From Octopus sinensis (taxonomy: Eukaryota), in NCBI RefSeq assembly GCF_006345805.1, contig NC_043005.1:67518001-67582000 (forward strand): a stretch of 64,000 nt of DNA. The letters run 5' to 3'. The notes under the pieces are model-generated. The model did not search any database. It saw only the letters and a list, made by a program, of their open reading frames with translations, and was not told the DNA's origin. Shown piece by piece: positions 52,590-64,000 of the stretch (position 1 is the first letter of the stretch; the number at the start of each line of letters is the position of its first letter). The position numbers were made by a program, and so were the translations under genes.

Positions 52590-52785
52590 TTAATTAGGCA
52601 CTCATATTCTTCTTCTTTCATGGCTGAGCCTTCCAATGTTTGATGTGCAAGTTCTGTTACAAAATCTGCAAGCAAGGAGGGTGTTGCATGGATGCGGTAC
52701 GTTGTCTTTCTTTCTTTGACGTTTTGCTTCGAGGTCTGCTTGACTCCTTTGTTCTTGGAAATATTTCCACGTTACCCTGTCTTTA
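52590..52785 (-). mobile_element. RTE-clade LINE 3' end
   Basis: DRVTW...EAKRQRKK...LACRFCNRTCTSNIGRLSHERR. Confidence 0.65.
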
Positions 52786-55515
52786 AAATATATGCAACAT
52801 TACTAGAATACCACAAGGAAGAGAAAAAACAGAGTTAGTATGAAGCCGAAATATTCGCAAATTAAGGCTCAATTGTGCCTTTGTCTTCCGGCAGATTATC
52901 TCTAGCTCTGTTGTGCAACAAAGTACTTCATTTATCCTTTGATTATTTCTAGATTCAGGAAATAAGATTAATTATAAACTTCCTTAATATTCATCGTTTT
53001 ATACAGAAGCTGGATGGAGAGAAATTGCGCTGAATACCATCGATTTGTAATTATACTTGGTTTAATACCTCATTTGGAACTTGATTACTTTTAGAAGAGT
53101 TCAATATTTTATAAACATTCAGGCCTAAATTCCATGTTTTCTTTTTTACTATTTACTCTTCGAAGTTTTCAAGAGCTCCCATTCATCTAGTTATGGAATC
53201 TCTTCAGCTTCAGGAGAAATCATACTGAAGGAGACATTCCGTCTTAAACTATACACATATGTACAGCTCATTTCTAAATGCTAAAGAAGAACCAGGCAAA
53301 TTGATAGTATTATAGTTCATTATAATGAGGTTGTGCTTTAGTTGTTTATAATGAGGTTTATAATGAGGTAGTGAGGTTGTTATTAAACGCTATAATAAAT
53401 GAGCGGTTTAGACTATTTTTTGTCATGTGTTTTAGGCATGGATATAGCATTGTGCTGATAATAGAATATACCTCAAAAGATTGAGATACTAATTCACTTG
53501 TCCGCCATAGTCGTTCCAGACGTAACGTAGACTGCCTATGTCATGGATTACAGTTTAATGTATCATTTTATTTAAATAGTATGGTACAATTGATTTCATT
53601 ATTTGATTGCTATTTTCAGTAGGTCAAGCTATGACATTGAGGACCCTTGTTCAGTTGGTTAGTACCATAGAGTAAACGTGTATATTTGCATGCAATTAGA
53701 TAAAATATAAAAAATGAGCTGGTTATCCTCGAAATTTACAATGTAATATATAGATTTATGATTTAATCTAAATGCCACTACGTATTTCAACGGCTAAGAT
53801 CAAAACGGTACAATTAAACTGAGACACAGAGGAATGTTTTTGCCTGTTGTACTACACCCGACGGACACAACCAAATGTGATTCTTATATTGTAATTCTGG
53901 TAAAAGCAATGATATAGAATTGTGTAAAGCTTGGCGCGGTTCCAATGCTTTCATGCCTTAAATGGATGCTGATTTATGCTTCATAACTACATATCTAATA
54001 TTCGCCATTTTCATACAAACGATTCGGTTTGTTTCATTTGTAGGAGTTAAGTTCTTCTCTCTAGCGCCGAATGTACTTGGAACGTTTCCAGATTATTGCT
54101 GTTGTATTCCAACACTTCTTGACTCATATTATCATAATTGCTCGTATTTAGATCTAATATTGATTTTTTTTCTAAACAAGTTTGATAATTTTACCTTCAC
54201 CTGCTAAAATGACATCTTGCAACTATTACCTCGTTACCAACACTGCCCTGTTCTTTCTTTTATAGGGAGCAAATTGCTTGTGACCCCATATAAATGCGCG
54301 CAGGAGTCACACACCTAATTATAAACAGCATGTGTAATTTAAATCTGACTAGTTTTCTTAGCTTTCAGCATAATTTTGTAATAGCTTCAGCAGAGTAGAT
54401 TGACAACAACAAGTGGAGTGATAGCAGTCACAGGAGAGGGTTGCACAATTTTTTTTACACTATTTACCCTTCGGCACTCAAATCTCAAATTGTGTTCGTC
54501 TTTCCATTCCATTAATAAATATGAATGCCTATTAGATATTCCACCGAACTTTTCTCTGGTTCCTAAGTGAAGCAATAGAAGCAATATTTCTAAAGCGTAC
54601 CAAATATGTGTGTGTGTGTGTGTGTGTGTGCGTGTGTGTGTGTGTCTGTCTGTCTGTGTGAATACACATATATATGTGTGTGTATATATATTCTTTTACT
54701 CTTTTATTTGTTTCAGTCATTTGACTGCGGCCATACTGAAGCACCGCCTTTATTATATGTATGTTTTTGTGCAAGTATGTATGTATATATACATCATATA
54801 CATATACATACATACATACATACATACATACATTTTTCGAACAATGAAAAACATAGAGACATGCAATTTAAGGAATATTCCTCTTATGCTGAATATATAT
54901 ATGAATGTGTGTGTGTGTGTGTGTGTACATGCATTAGTGTTAACCAGTTAACCAATATTGTGTTGAGTCATTCATGGTCTTTACAGTATGATGAACATAA
55001 TGTAGAAGGAACTAATGCATTGATATTGATAAACTGGTCAGTGAGACAAGATATAGTGAGCTTCCACCATTGTGAGAAGCCATTACTCTGGTGAGATTTG
55101 CTAAGCAGGCGAAACTGGTCTTTCTTAAAGATTGCATTCACCGTAATGTTACTATTTATGGGACTTTACTTGCTTTAGATAAAATTGTTAGGATTTAGGT
55201 TATTGCTGCTCGCTGCATTAGTAAGTTTATTATCACAGTGACGTTGTCTTGGGTATTACAAGAAGAATGATGATTGTTGTACTTTTTTTTATGTTACTTC
55301 AAATATGTACTTTTATCTTTTTACTTGTTCTAGTTAATCGGTTGCGCACTCTTCAAAATATTGATCATGTTACATGTTACAAGCAGACATTTACTTTGTC
55401 GAAACGCTAGGTTTCAGACCACACTGACTCACACATACACATATATATCTACATGCATACATACATGCATATATACATATACATACATATACACTTACAT
55501 ACATACGAACGTAGG

Positions 55516-55557
<42 letters not shown>

Positions 55558-55559
<2 letters not shown>

Positions 55560-56775
55560 AGAAAAAAGCAACAGGAATGGATTAGTTGTTCAGTACAATT
55601 GTTTCATACGAAAAACAGCTTTATTAAAAGCTGCAACTATTGCAGCAAATACAAGTGTCCCATATTCATCAGCCAAAACACATATGAGTTTTCCAAACAT
55701 CCTAGGGGGTGAGGCTACACTCATGAAGTATCGAAGAGAGTTCTATGAAAAGCAAAGTTAGATTGTAAGCAGACCTCAAAAGTTCTCTAATGATGCACAG
55801 TTTTATAAAAGGTTTTTAAAAAAGTTTGCTAGCTTCACAGAAAAGGTAAATCCATCCGTAATAATGCAAGTGTAATTTCCGGAGATATGAGGAGATATTT
55901 CATACTCAGAGAAGATGAATGTATCCATAATAATGTAGATGTAATTTCCTGATATATGAGAATATGTTGATCACATTTCTATTCGTTTCACAAAACTACT
56001 ATGTTGGAAGAAGAGATTGACTATATTGGCTAAAAAAAGTCTCAAAAGAAATCAGTGAAACAGAAACCGCCCAAATAAGGACATTATGGGAGGAAGGGGT
56101 GTAAGTACACAACCTACAAAGTTTAGTTTATTTCTGTGGTGACAGAAAATCTAGGTCAGTGTTGCAGGAATCTGAGATTTATAATTTATAAAAGAGAACA
56201 TTACTTTTGACCATCATACAGCTATTAACTGCCACTCCTACAGAGTTAGAGGCAGGTATAAGAATATACAGAGAACAAAAGAAAGTATCAAAGGGGTCAA
56301 AGACTATCAGTAGAGGAAATTACATTAAGAGATTTAAGTACAACACTAGAACAGGAGGTTATTTATTTATTTATTTATTTATTATTGTTTCTATTTATAC
56401 AAATGTTTATACATTGTAAGACAGACTTTAGGTCTATAACTAGAGGTCAATTAATTTCTATAGTAAAAGGTGTGAGAGTATTGTTTATTCAAAATATAGT
56501 GAAAATCATAGTGAAAATTCTTTATATTATTATTAAGGGAGTAGCATTACTTATTAAACTAAGAATTGAATTAGGAAGTATTAGCAATTTATTTGATTTG
56601 AGTTGGGTTAATTAAATTAGATTAAATTAAATTAACTATATAGCCAATTAAAATTTTTGGCAATATTTGCAGCTTTTAATAAAATTTTTGCAATATTTGC
56701 AGCTTTTAATAAAGCTGTTCTTCGTATGAAACAATTGTACTGAACAACTAAGCCATTCTTGTTGCTTTTTTCTTG
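55558..56775. repeat. 87-bp inverted repeats (55558-55644 / 56689-56775) enclosing ~1.04 kb
   Basis: 4 mismatches in 87 bp; the left arm abuts (TA)n. Confidence 0.9.
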
Positions 56776-56895
56776 TTTATAATCACCCTACATTATTTTA
56801 TGGTTAATACCATATAGATTTCTGGTGCATCTAAGTTAAGTACCGCATTCATGTGAATTCATTGGAACCCACTTGAATCTTAATTGTTTTTACTG

Positions 56896-56951
<56 letters not shown>

Positions 56952-57224
56952 GATAAATTAGAGAAAAACCACTATTGTGTAAGTCAAACAATGATAGACA
57001 TAAACTATATCATATAGAAAAAATAAAATATATTATAAAACATATATCTAGATCACAAAAAGTACATAATGAATAAACATTATATAATAAGAAATTTTAA
57101 TACTAAACTGAACTTTTTCCTATAAGTTTGAAGTTATACTCCCTAAAATTATATATATATATATCCGTTACAGCGCTTACCTAGTATACCTTGCCGTTTA
57201 GATCACCTGTGAACTAAACCCCCA

Positions 57225-57269
<45 letters not shown>

Positions 57270-58612
57270 TGTGTGTTTGTAAATGTACAAAGTTCAGGAT
57301 TCGAGTGAATTAGTTCCTTAAATGATAAAGCACCAAGATCGGGTCAATGAAATCGCTATCGTGTTCAGAACAAAAATAGATGAACCTTTAAGTACATGCC
57401 AGGGTAAAGACTGATTCATATTACAGTTGCATGTACGATTCCAAACGTCGGACTCAGTATACAACGAGTCTCAAGGTTGCACCTAAGTATAAAAACTGCA
57501 TTAATTGTACTGCACTCAATAGACTCCAAAAGTTATTATAGTGGGAAGATGAATACGGAACAGGAAATAAGAATTTGATATTTCACTCAAACTCCCAAAC
57601 TCTAACTCATTTTATATCATTTTTACTCATTAAATAGCTGGACGACAGATTTCCGACCCACCCCACCAAAAGTAAAAACACATTAATCTCATCCTTGCTG
57701 TAGATTAATCATAACGCACCCACATACAAACATAAAGAGACATATGATAATAAATCTACTTATATACGTCAGACGAAACATTTATTAATTGTATTAATAA
57801 AATAATATAATAAAATAAGAATTTTGAGTGTATAACTAAATCAGTGAAACCATTAAAATAAAATAAGGGATGAAATAAAAGATAAGGTGAATGCAAAATA
57901 AAAGAAGGAAAGGATAAATAAATAAAGTTTAAAGAACACCACGTAAAGCCTGTGTATCAATAAATTTTTATGCAATATACTAAAGCTCTCGAGTGATCAA
58001 GGATCCAGATGAAATTAGTATCAGTCCGTACACTTTTACTCTTTTAAACTTTTAATTGTTTCAGTCATTTGACTGTAGCCATGCTGGAGCACCGCCTTTT
58101 TAGTCGAGCAAATCGACCCCAGGACTTATTCTTTGTAAACCTAGTACTTATTCTATCGATTTCTTTTGCCGAACCGCTAAGTTACGGGGATGTAAGCACA
58201 CCACCATCGGTTGTCAAATGATGTTGTGGTGACAAACACAAACACACACACGCATTCATATATATACATACATATATACGACGGGCTTCTTTCAGTTTCC
58301 GTCTACCAAATCCACTCACAAGGCTTTGGTCGGCCCGAGGCTATAGTAGAAGACACTTGTCCAAGGTGCCACGCAGTGGGAATGAATGTGGTTGGTAAGC
58401 AAACTACTTACCACACAGCCACTCCTGCGCCTATAGTACAGGAATGATATAAATATAACAGTTATATTAGAGCAATTGAATGTAACCAAATGTAACAGAA
58501 AGTGGAGAGGGAAGGAGGTCAGAGAAGTGCATTATTAATACGCTAATAATTATGCTTGAAGAACAGGGATGGGAGTTGCAAGCGGGCTGTGGTTAAACCA
58601 GGGATTAGATGA

Positions 58613-59870
58613 TTATGTAACCAATTTAAAGTATTTAAATAAACGACGAATTTTATGAATACACGATAATCGAAGTTCCAATCTACTGTTGAGCAACTTC
58701 TCATTATCCCTATTCTTTAATATTTCGTATAGCTCAGTGCAGCATAGTTTGCATCCATATCTGTTATTAGAATATGGTTGAGCCCTACGAATAATGTTCC
58801 ATATAATATCAAATTTTCATGGATAATGAAATATAATTGGCCTTGTGTCTAAATGAGGAAAGATAGTTGCGCAACCTCGCCTTGAAGTCACAAGAACAAT
58901 CTATGTCGGTAAATGTATTAAGTATCAGTTATAAACTATATTTTTAGCTAAACAGGCTCCTCTAAGCTGACTGTTTTATTGTGACAATTACAATTCTTAA
59001 GGACCACCTTGTTATTTTATACCTCATAGCTAATATCAGTGCTAACCTTGATATTATCGTGTCTATTACTATTAATACCTACGTCGGTACCATGGTCGCT
59101 ATTAAAGATTCTGTTTACCCTATTCATGCTGTTATCTTCAGTGTGCATACGAAGGCCACCGATCGCCCCGTTATGATTCCTCCCACTAGGAATTTTATAA
59201 CTAGAATTACTAATACCATTATAATCAATAGACTGCAGGTCAAAAGGCACTAAAATGGCAGCCGGCTTCTCAGTTTCATTAACTACCATCGGAGTGCTTA
59301 CACTATTTGATATTGCATCAATTGGTCGAACTTAAGACAGTCGAACTTAGGAGGGTACGACCTTGATTCAGCCAAATACAAGTCATGATTCGTGCCTGTA
59401 TGTGCATTCGAGCATGATAATCCAATGCTGTGGTTACTTACGGTTCCGAGCGGTCTATTGCTACTACTATAAGTAGTATTGAGTCCAACCCCAGTCCCAC
59501 CGTTGATACTATTTTTATTGCTAGCATTAAGAAGCAACTTCGAATTTACGTTACGCTTGTTAATTCTCGCAAGGCCTGAGTCGTTCAGTTCGGCCCACCA
59601 GTTTTAACTTACCCGTAATTTTATATGCCTCGGAGTTAATTTTGACGAGGTTGGTTTTATTGGCAGTCCTATATTTCTTATTTAGTTCCTTGAGTATTAT
59701 TTCACGATTTGCTTCGTAATCCGTTCTGCATCGATTTCCAGTTTTATCGGGTAGTATAAATAATCTGGTTTCAGCTCCTAATTCCATAATGAATTCCTTA
59801 AGCTTTCTCAGGAGAAGATTCTTCTTAAATGGGTGGCTTTTGAACTTGATGTTAGCTATCATCTGGAATA
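58613..59870 (-). mobile_element. Internally deleted Penelope-like element (Neptune-type) with long N/S/G-rich linker
   Basis: RT N-terminus (LFILPDKTGN..R.D...IILKELNKKYRTA..INSEAYKI..KL.L..R.E) is joined directly to INKRNVNSKLL. Then come the linker, NCNCHNK, FKARLRNYLSSFRHK and IWNIIRRAQPY...CKLCCTELYEIL...LLNSRLEL...CIH. Confidence 0.8.
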
Positions 59871-59921
59871 AGTCATTATCTCCCTCCCCTCTCTCGCTCT
59901 CGCTCTCTCTTCATATATATA

Positions 59922-59976
<55 letters not shown>

Positions 59977-60859
59977 ATCCAAACAAGAAAATACAGAAAA
60001 AAAGAGAAAAAACACAGCAACGCAGGACGTGGAACAATTAAAGTATTATTGACGCTCAGGAAAGAAGGGAAGGATATATATATATACATATATATATCAA
60101 GCAGTTTTTAAAAAAGCATAACAACCGGAAAATTTAAGAAAAACATAACTAAGGGAAAATTTGACGAGGCCAAACACATGGAAAATTCGTAGCTAATCCC
60201 GCGTCAGTCAACGTCCAAGAGATCATAATAGTTTCGCACTGTTATCGCTATGACTACTCCTTCAAGAGAAGTGCCAGTTCACAAAAGCCTGGGAGTACTT
60301 AACGAACGTACTGGACCACGATGAAGACAAGCAAGACAGACTAAAATGATTATAATAATTATACATATACAACCCCCCAAAAAAGCCGTGCTGCTCTCGG
60401 ACAGGCGAATGTGGGTAACGCAAAAGGAAATGGAAAGTCCTAAAGGACTAGAGATAAAAGGAAGGGCAGAACGAAGGAAGAAGTACACAAACCGTGGAGG
60501 AAAAAGTGAAGGAACATGAAGAGGCATGACCGACGAATGAAAAAGAATGACAGACGCGTAGATAGCCACGGGTCACGTGATAGTGGAAGGAGAGAGAAAG
60601 AGAGTTGTCGAGGGCTGATGGACAATTAGGGAGGGAAAGATAGAGAAATACACAAAGAGGGAGAGAGAGAGGAAGGAAAAAGAGAGCAAAAAAGAAAAGA
60701 TACAGTCTTGAGTATTGTGCAAAAAAATAATATATATTTACATGAATATTTCAAGCAGTTTTTCAAGATAACAACCGGGAAATTTAGCAAAAACTTAATA
60801 AACGCAAAATTTTATAAAACAGACAGACAGGCAGACAAAGAGAGAGGCAGACAGACAGG

Positions 60860-60943
<84 letters not shown>
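60860..60943. repeat. (TAGA)n microsatellite
   Basis: Direct reading. Confidence 0.97.
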
Positions 60944-60947
<4 letters not shown>

Positions 60948-61445
60948 GATATGACATGATATGGCGTTATATGGTATGATATGACATGACATGATATATG
61001 TTATGATATTCTTCAGCCCACTGAAACTAACAGTTTCTATGCATTAGTCAAATATTTTAGATTAAAACAATAAAACAACACGTAATATGACATTGTTAAA
61101 TGGATCATATTGTTCTGTTTAGCTAAGAGGAATCGCATTACCTAAATGTGACATACCCATACCTGGAAACTTTGTGTAACATTGTGACAAATAGATCACT
61201 TTCAAGAAAGCTAAAACTCAACCTGAAGTAGAAGCTCACCCGTTGATGCACGAAGTTACATGTATTACATACCATAACACAACATAACTAACGTTCATAT
61301 CTCGCACACCACTGCATAATGCACACACCAACGCTTTAGGATAGAAACGCCTGATGTATGCAAAATACAATGCATATTATACGCCGTTTCACATAAGACT
61401 GTACGAACATGCATATTTGCCAAGATATAGATATCCGTACACATA

Positions 61446-62292
61446 CCTAGTCTAATCAATAAGTATCCGGTCTGTTGCCATAGTATCGAAGCTAAAGCAC
61501 GCAGAGTAACGCTGCTTTGGCAAAGATTGACATTTACCTCTGGTGTGCATGCATCCAAAGTTTTAACGTCCTAGCGCACTTCCGCTGTTTACAGCAGTGC
61601 TTGGAATGAAGGTGTGTAACGTGTGATCGTCGCACTGAACACGACAGAGAAAGATAATCAGAGAATCTGCATCAAATTTTGCCAAAAGCTTGGCGATACC
61701 TGCTCAGAGGCCTACGCAAAGTTTTCAAAAAGTTTTTATCGTTCTCAGCACAATCAAGGAGATTTTTAAATCCGAGTGTCGTTTTGGTCAGCTGAAAGTA
61801 ATTTTGGTACAAACTTGGCAGACTCACGTCTCATACCCAAATCTTCAGTGATAGTGGACTGAACTGTACTGTAACTAAGCTGTATATCCTCTGATGACTC
61901 ACGATTTCTACTCACACCTTCACGCACATCTGGGATGTTTTTCTCAGTTCTGCTGATTGCGGGTCTCCCAGAACATTCGTCAATATCGACATTTTTTTCA
62001 ACAATCTTGGAAACGCCTGAACCACTCGTACACTTGTGTGCGAGTCATACACTCCTCACCATACACTTTCTGCAACATTGCGCAGGCCTCTGAGCTGGTT
62101 ACGCCATGACAACTATCTCTGTCGTAGTCAATGCGACGATCACACGCTATATACCTTTCTTTGAAGCACTACTCTAAACATCGAAAGTGACCTAGAACAT
62201 TAAAACTTTGCGCGCATGATCAACAGAGCTCAAGGTTTGCGCCAAGCGACTTTACTCTAGTAACAGTCCGAATACTTATTGACCAGACTCCG
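61446..62292. mobile_element. Composite mariner element made of two convergent left halves
   Basis: Plus arm 61446-~61730 (QRICIKFCQKLGDTCSEAYAK). Minus arm 62292-~61720 (..EECMTRTQVYEWFRRFQ...EDLGMRRESAKFVPKLL). Both ends show the left TIR (..tcaataagta(t/c)(t/c)cgg) and are TA-flanked. Confidence 0.75.
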
Positions 62293-63315
62293 TATTAAAA
62301 TATAGATATCCTCTTCGTATAGCTATATGTCCTCGCATATCATATATGCAACCATTCATCTATGCAACCATTCATATAGATTCTCTTTCATGTATACGCC
62401 TTAGCATGAACCTTTAAATAAATGCACAATTATTAACGAGGAGGTAAGAAACACTCCAGAGAGCTGAATAGCAGATGCTCTCCAAAGAAGAAGAAGCACC
62501 GCCCAGCCAATTGGTTCGGCCCTTAACCTTTTACACTCTGAGAAGGCCTGGCCGCACCCAGGTCATGATCCCTAGGTGCCCTTCTGCTGACACGTTTTAG
62601 CTGACACTTTGGATATCGGAGGCTTGTGCATTTAAATCGATTGGAGATTTCATCTATGTGGAACTCCTCTCCGTTGACTCAGCTTTCAAACTTATACTTA
62701 AAAAAGAAATAACCTTGGTTGTCATGGTAGCGATGAAACCTCAACGCTACCACAATCACCCACACAGAATTACTTCTATTAGCATTAAAATACAAAAATA
62801 TTGCCTTCAAACGATATGGAGAGTGACACAGAGAGACAGAGGTGAATAAGAGAAAATGAACTTAACGACATTCGTTATTTCACATTATTTACAATCGTTT
62901 CCACACATCGATACACCACACCATCGTTAAACATGTAGTTTCAACTAATTGTAGAAATGTGAAATAGAGAATGTTCAGTCTTTTTTTTTTCTTATTCATC
63001 CCTTTGTATAAACGCTACGGTTACTATAGATTTACAGATGTATATCAAGTGATAGGAATATTCCCACTGTATAATAACATTCGGTAGCAACGATATATAT
63101 ATATATATATTCTTTTACTTTTTTTACTTGCTGGAGCACCGCGTTTTAGTCGAACAAATCGACCCTAAGATTTATTTTTTGTAAGCCTAGTACTATCGGG
63201 TTCTTTTGCCGAACTTCTAAGTTACGGAGATGTAAACACATGCAATGGGACCGAACCCGGAATCCCTGTGTTTTGAAAGTAAGCTTCTTACCACACAACC
63301 GCTCCTGCGGCTAAG

Positions 63316-63398
<83 letters not shown>

Positions 63399-63475
63399 TA
63401 TGTATGTATTATGTATGTATGTAATGCATGTGTCGTGTTTACATATATCTAAACTTTCTAACTTATCTTTTCAAG

Positions 63476-63506
63476 TAACGTGTCTCTCTCTACAATGGCT
63501 AAATAA
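63476..63506 (+). CDS. Candidate 31-nt micro-exon of an unidentified gene
   Basis: Branch-like ttctaac, pyrimidine tract and AG at 63474-75; GTGAGT donor at 63507. Only one frame is open (xTCLSLQWLN), and it is phase-compatible with the acceptor at 63791. Confidence 0.25.
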
Positions 63507-63790
63507 GTGAGTATTCTAAAAGCGTCAAAACTTCCCGGAAGGCTTCCCACAAGGTAAATATGCACATATCTTTCTATTGATATTTTCGATATCATTTATT
63601 AGCTTTTATATCGTACATAGAGACATGCGTTATAGCCGCAAGTAATTCGGTGGTAGTTGTAAAACACTCGCAGTGAATAAATTATTTCCTTAGACGAAAT
63701 CGAAGTGCCTTTTGAAGTTGGTGTGTCTAGTTATAACATAAATCGCTTCTGGTCATTTAAAATTTTCTAACTTAATATCTTTCCTAATAG

Positions 63791-63846
63791 AGCATTCAAG
63801 AGGTGTTTTTACGAGATTGTTATAACACAATTGAGCGATATGCCAT
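63791..63846 (+). CDS. Candidate internal coding exon of an unidentified gene (may instead read through to the window end)
   Basis: ttctaac...tctttcctaatag acceptor and GTGAGT donor at 63847. Two frames are open (SIQEVFLRDCYNTIERYA or AFKRCFYEIVITQLSDMP). The second stays open to 64000 without splicing. Confidence 0.45.
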
Positions 63847-63922
63847 GTGAGTTTCGTGGATATTTAGTTACCATACACACACTTGAATACATACATGAAG
63901 AGCTTCACATAGTTTCTGCCAG

Positions 63923-64000
63923 TAAAATTCCACTCACAGTATATTATGTCAACAGAGCAGGAGACGTTTTGTCACAACCATTTTGGCACCACCTATTTGT
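63923..64000 (+). CDS. Candidate exon running off the window
   Basis: tttctgccag acceptor after a 76-nt GT-AG candidate intron. All plus frames are open and all minus frames contain stops (e.g. KIPLTVYYVNRAGDVLSQPFWHHLF). Confidence 0.3.

Noticed and set aside
55085-55200. Peptide AKLVFLKDCIH resembling EVFLRDCY at 63800
   Set aside because: A five-residue similarity bounded by stops and weak splice sites; consistent with chance.
56689-56745. Hammerhead in the 87-bp inverted-repeat arm
   Set aside because: GAAA and a palindromic stem III-like segment are present, but there is no CUGANGA core and stem I is only 3 bp.
57322-57403. Possible first coding exon MIKHQDRVNEIAIVFRTKIDEPLSTCQ with a phase-1 donor compatible with the 63476 micro-exon
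   Set aside because: Weak start context, moderate donor and no homology recognised; such short open frames arise by chance. Not called without RNA evidence.

Overview
AT-rich, microsatellite-dense eukaryotic DNA that is almost entirely intergenic or intronic. The abundant tRNA-derived SINE families, (TA)n/(CA)n/(TATG)n load and transposon mix point to an octopus (coleoid cephalopod) genome; this is inference from recognising the repeats, not a database result. No complete host gene is visible. The only plausible host exons are short plus-strand candidates in the last ~530 bp (63476-64000), product unknown. Nearly all ORFs in the supplied track are microsatellite translations or decayed transposon fragments. 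Mobile DNA seen: three families of tRNA-headed SINEs (more than 25 copies or fragments), Tc1/mariner-type elements and MITEs, hAT, piggyBac, ISL2EU-like and Helitron remnants, a Helentron-type HINE, RTE, CR1 and L2-like LINE fragments, and Penelope-like elements (PLEs). The most interesting signals are: (1) PLE-type hammerhead ribozyme motifs, including a perfect 75-bp inverted repeat carrying a near-canonical hammerhead on both strands (32037-32193) and a tRNA-headed symmetric element with dimer-type hammerheads (428-995); (2) an ORF1-only ('half-LINE') L1/Tx1-like element with a perfect 18-bp target-site duplication whose 3' tail is shared with a dimeric SINE and a 26-bp micro-insertion; (3) several large inverted-repeat structures and rearranged non-autonomous elements.
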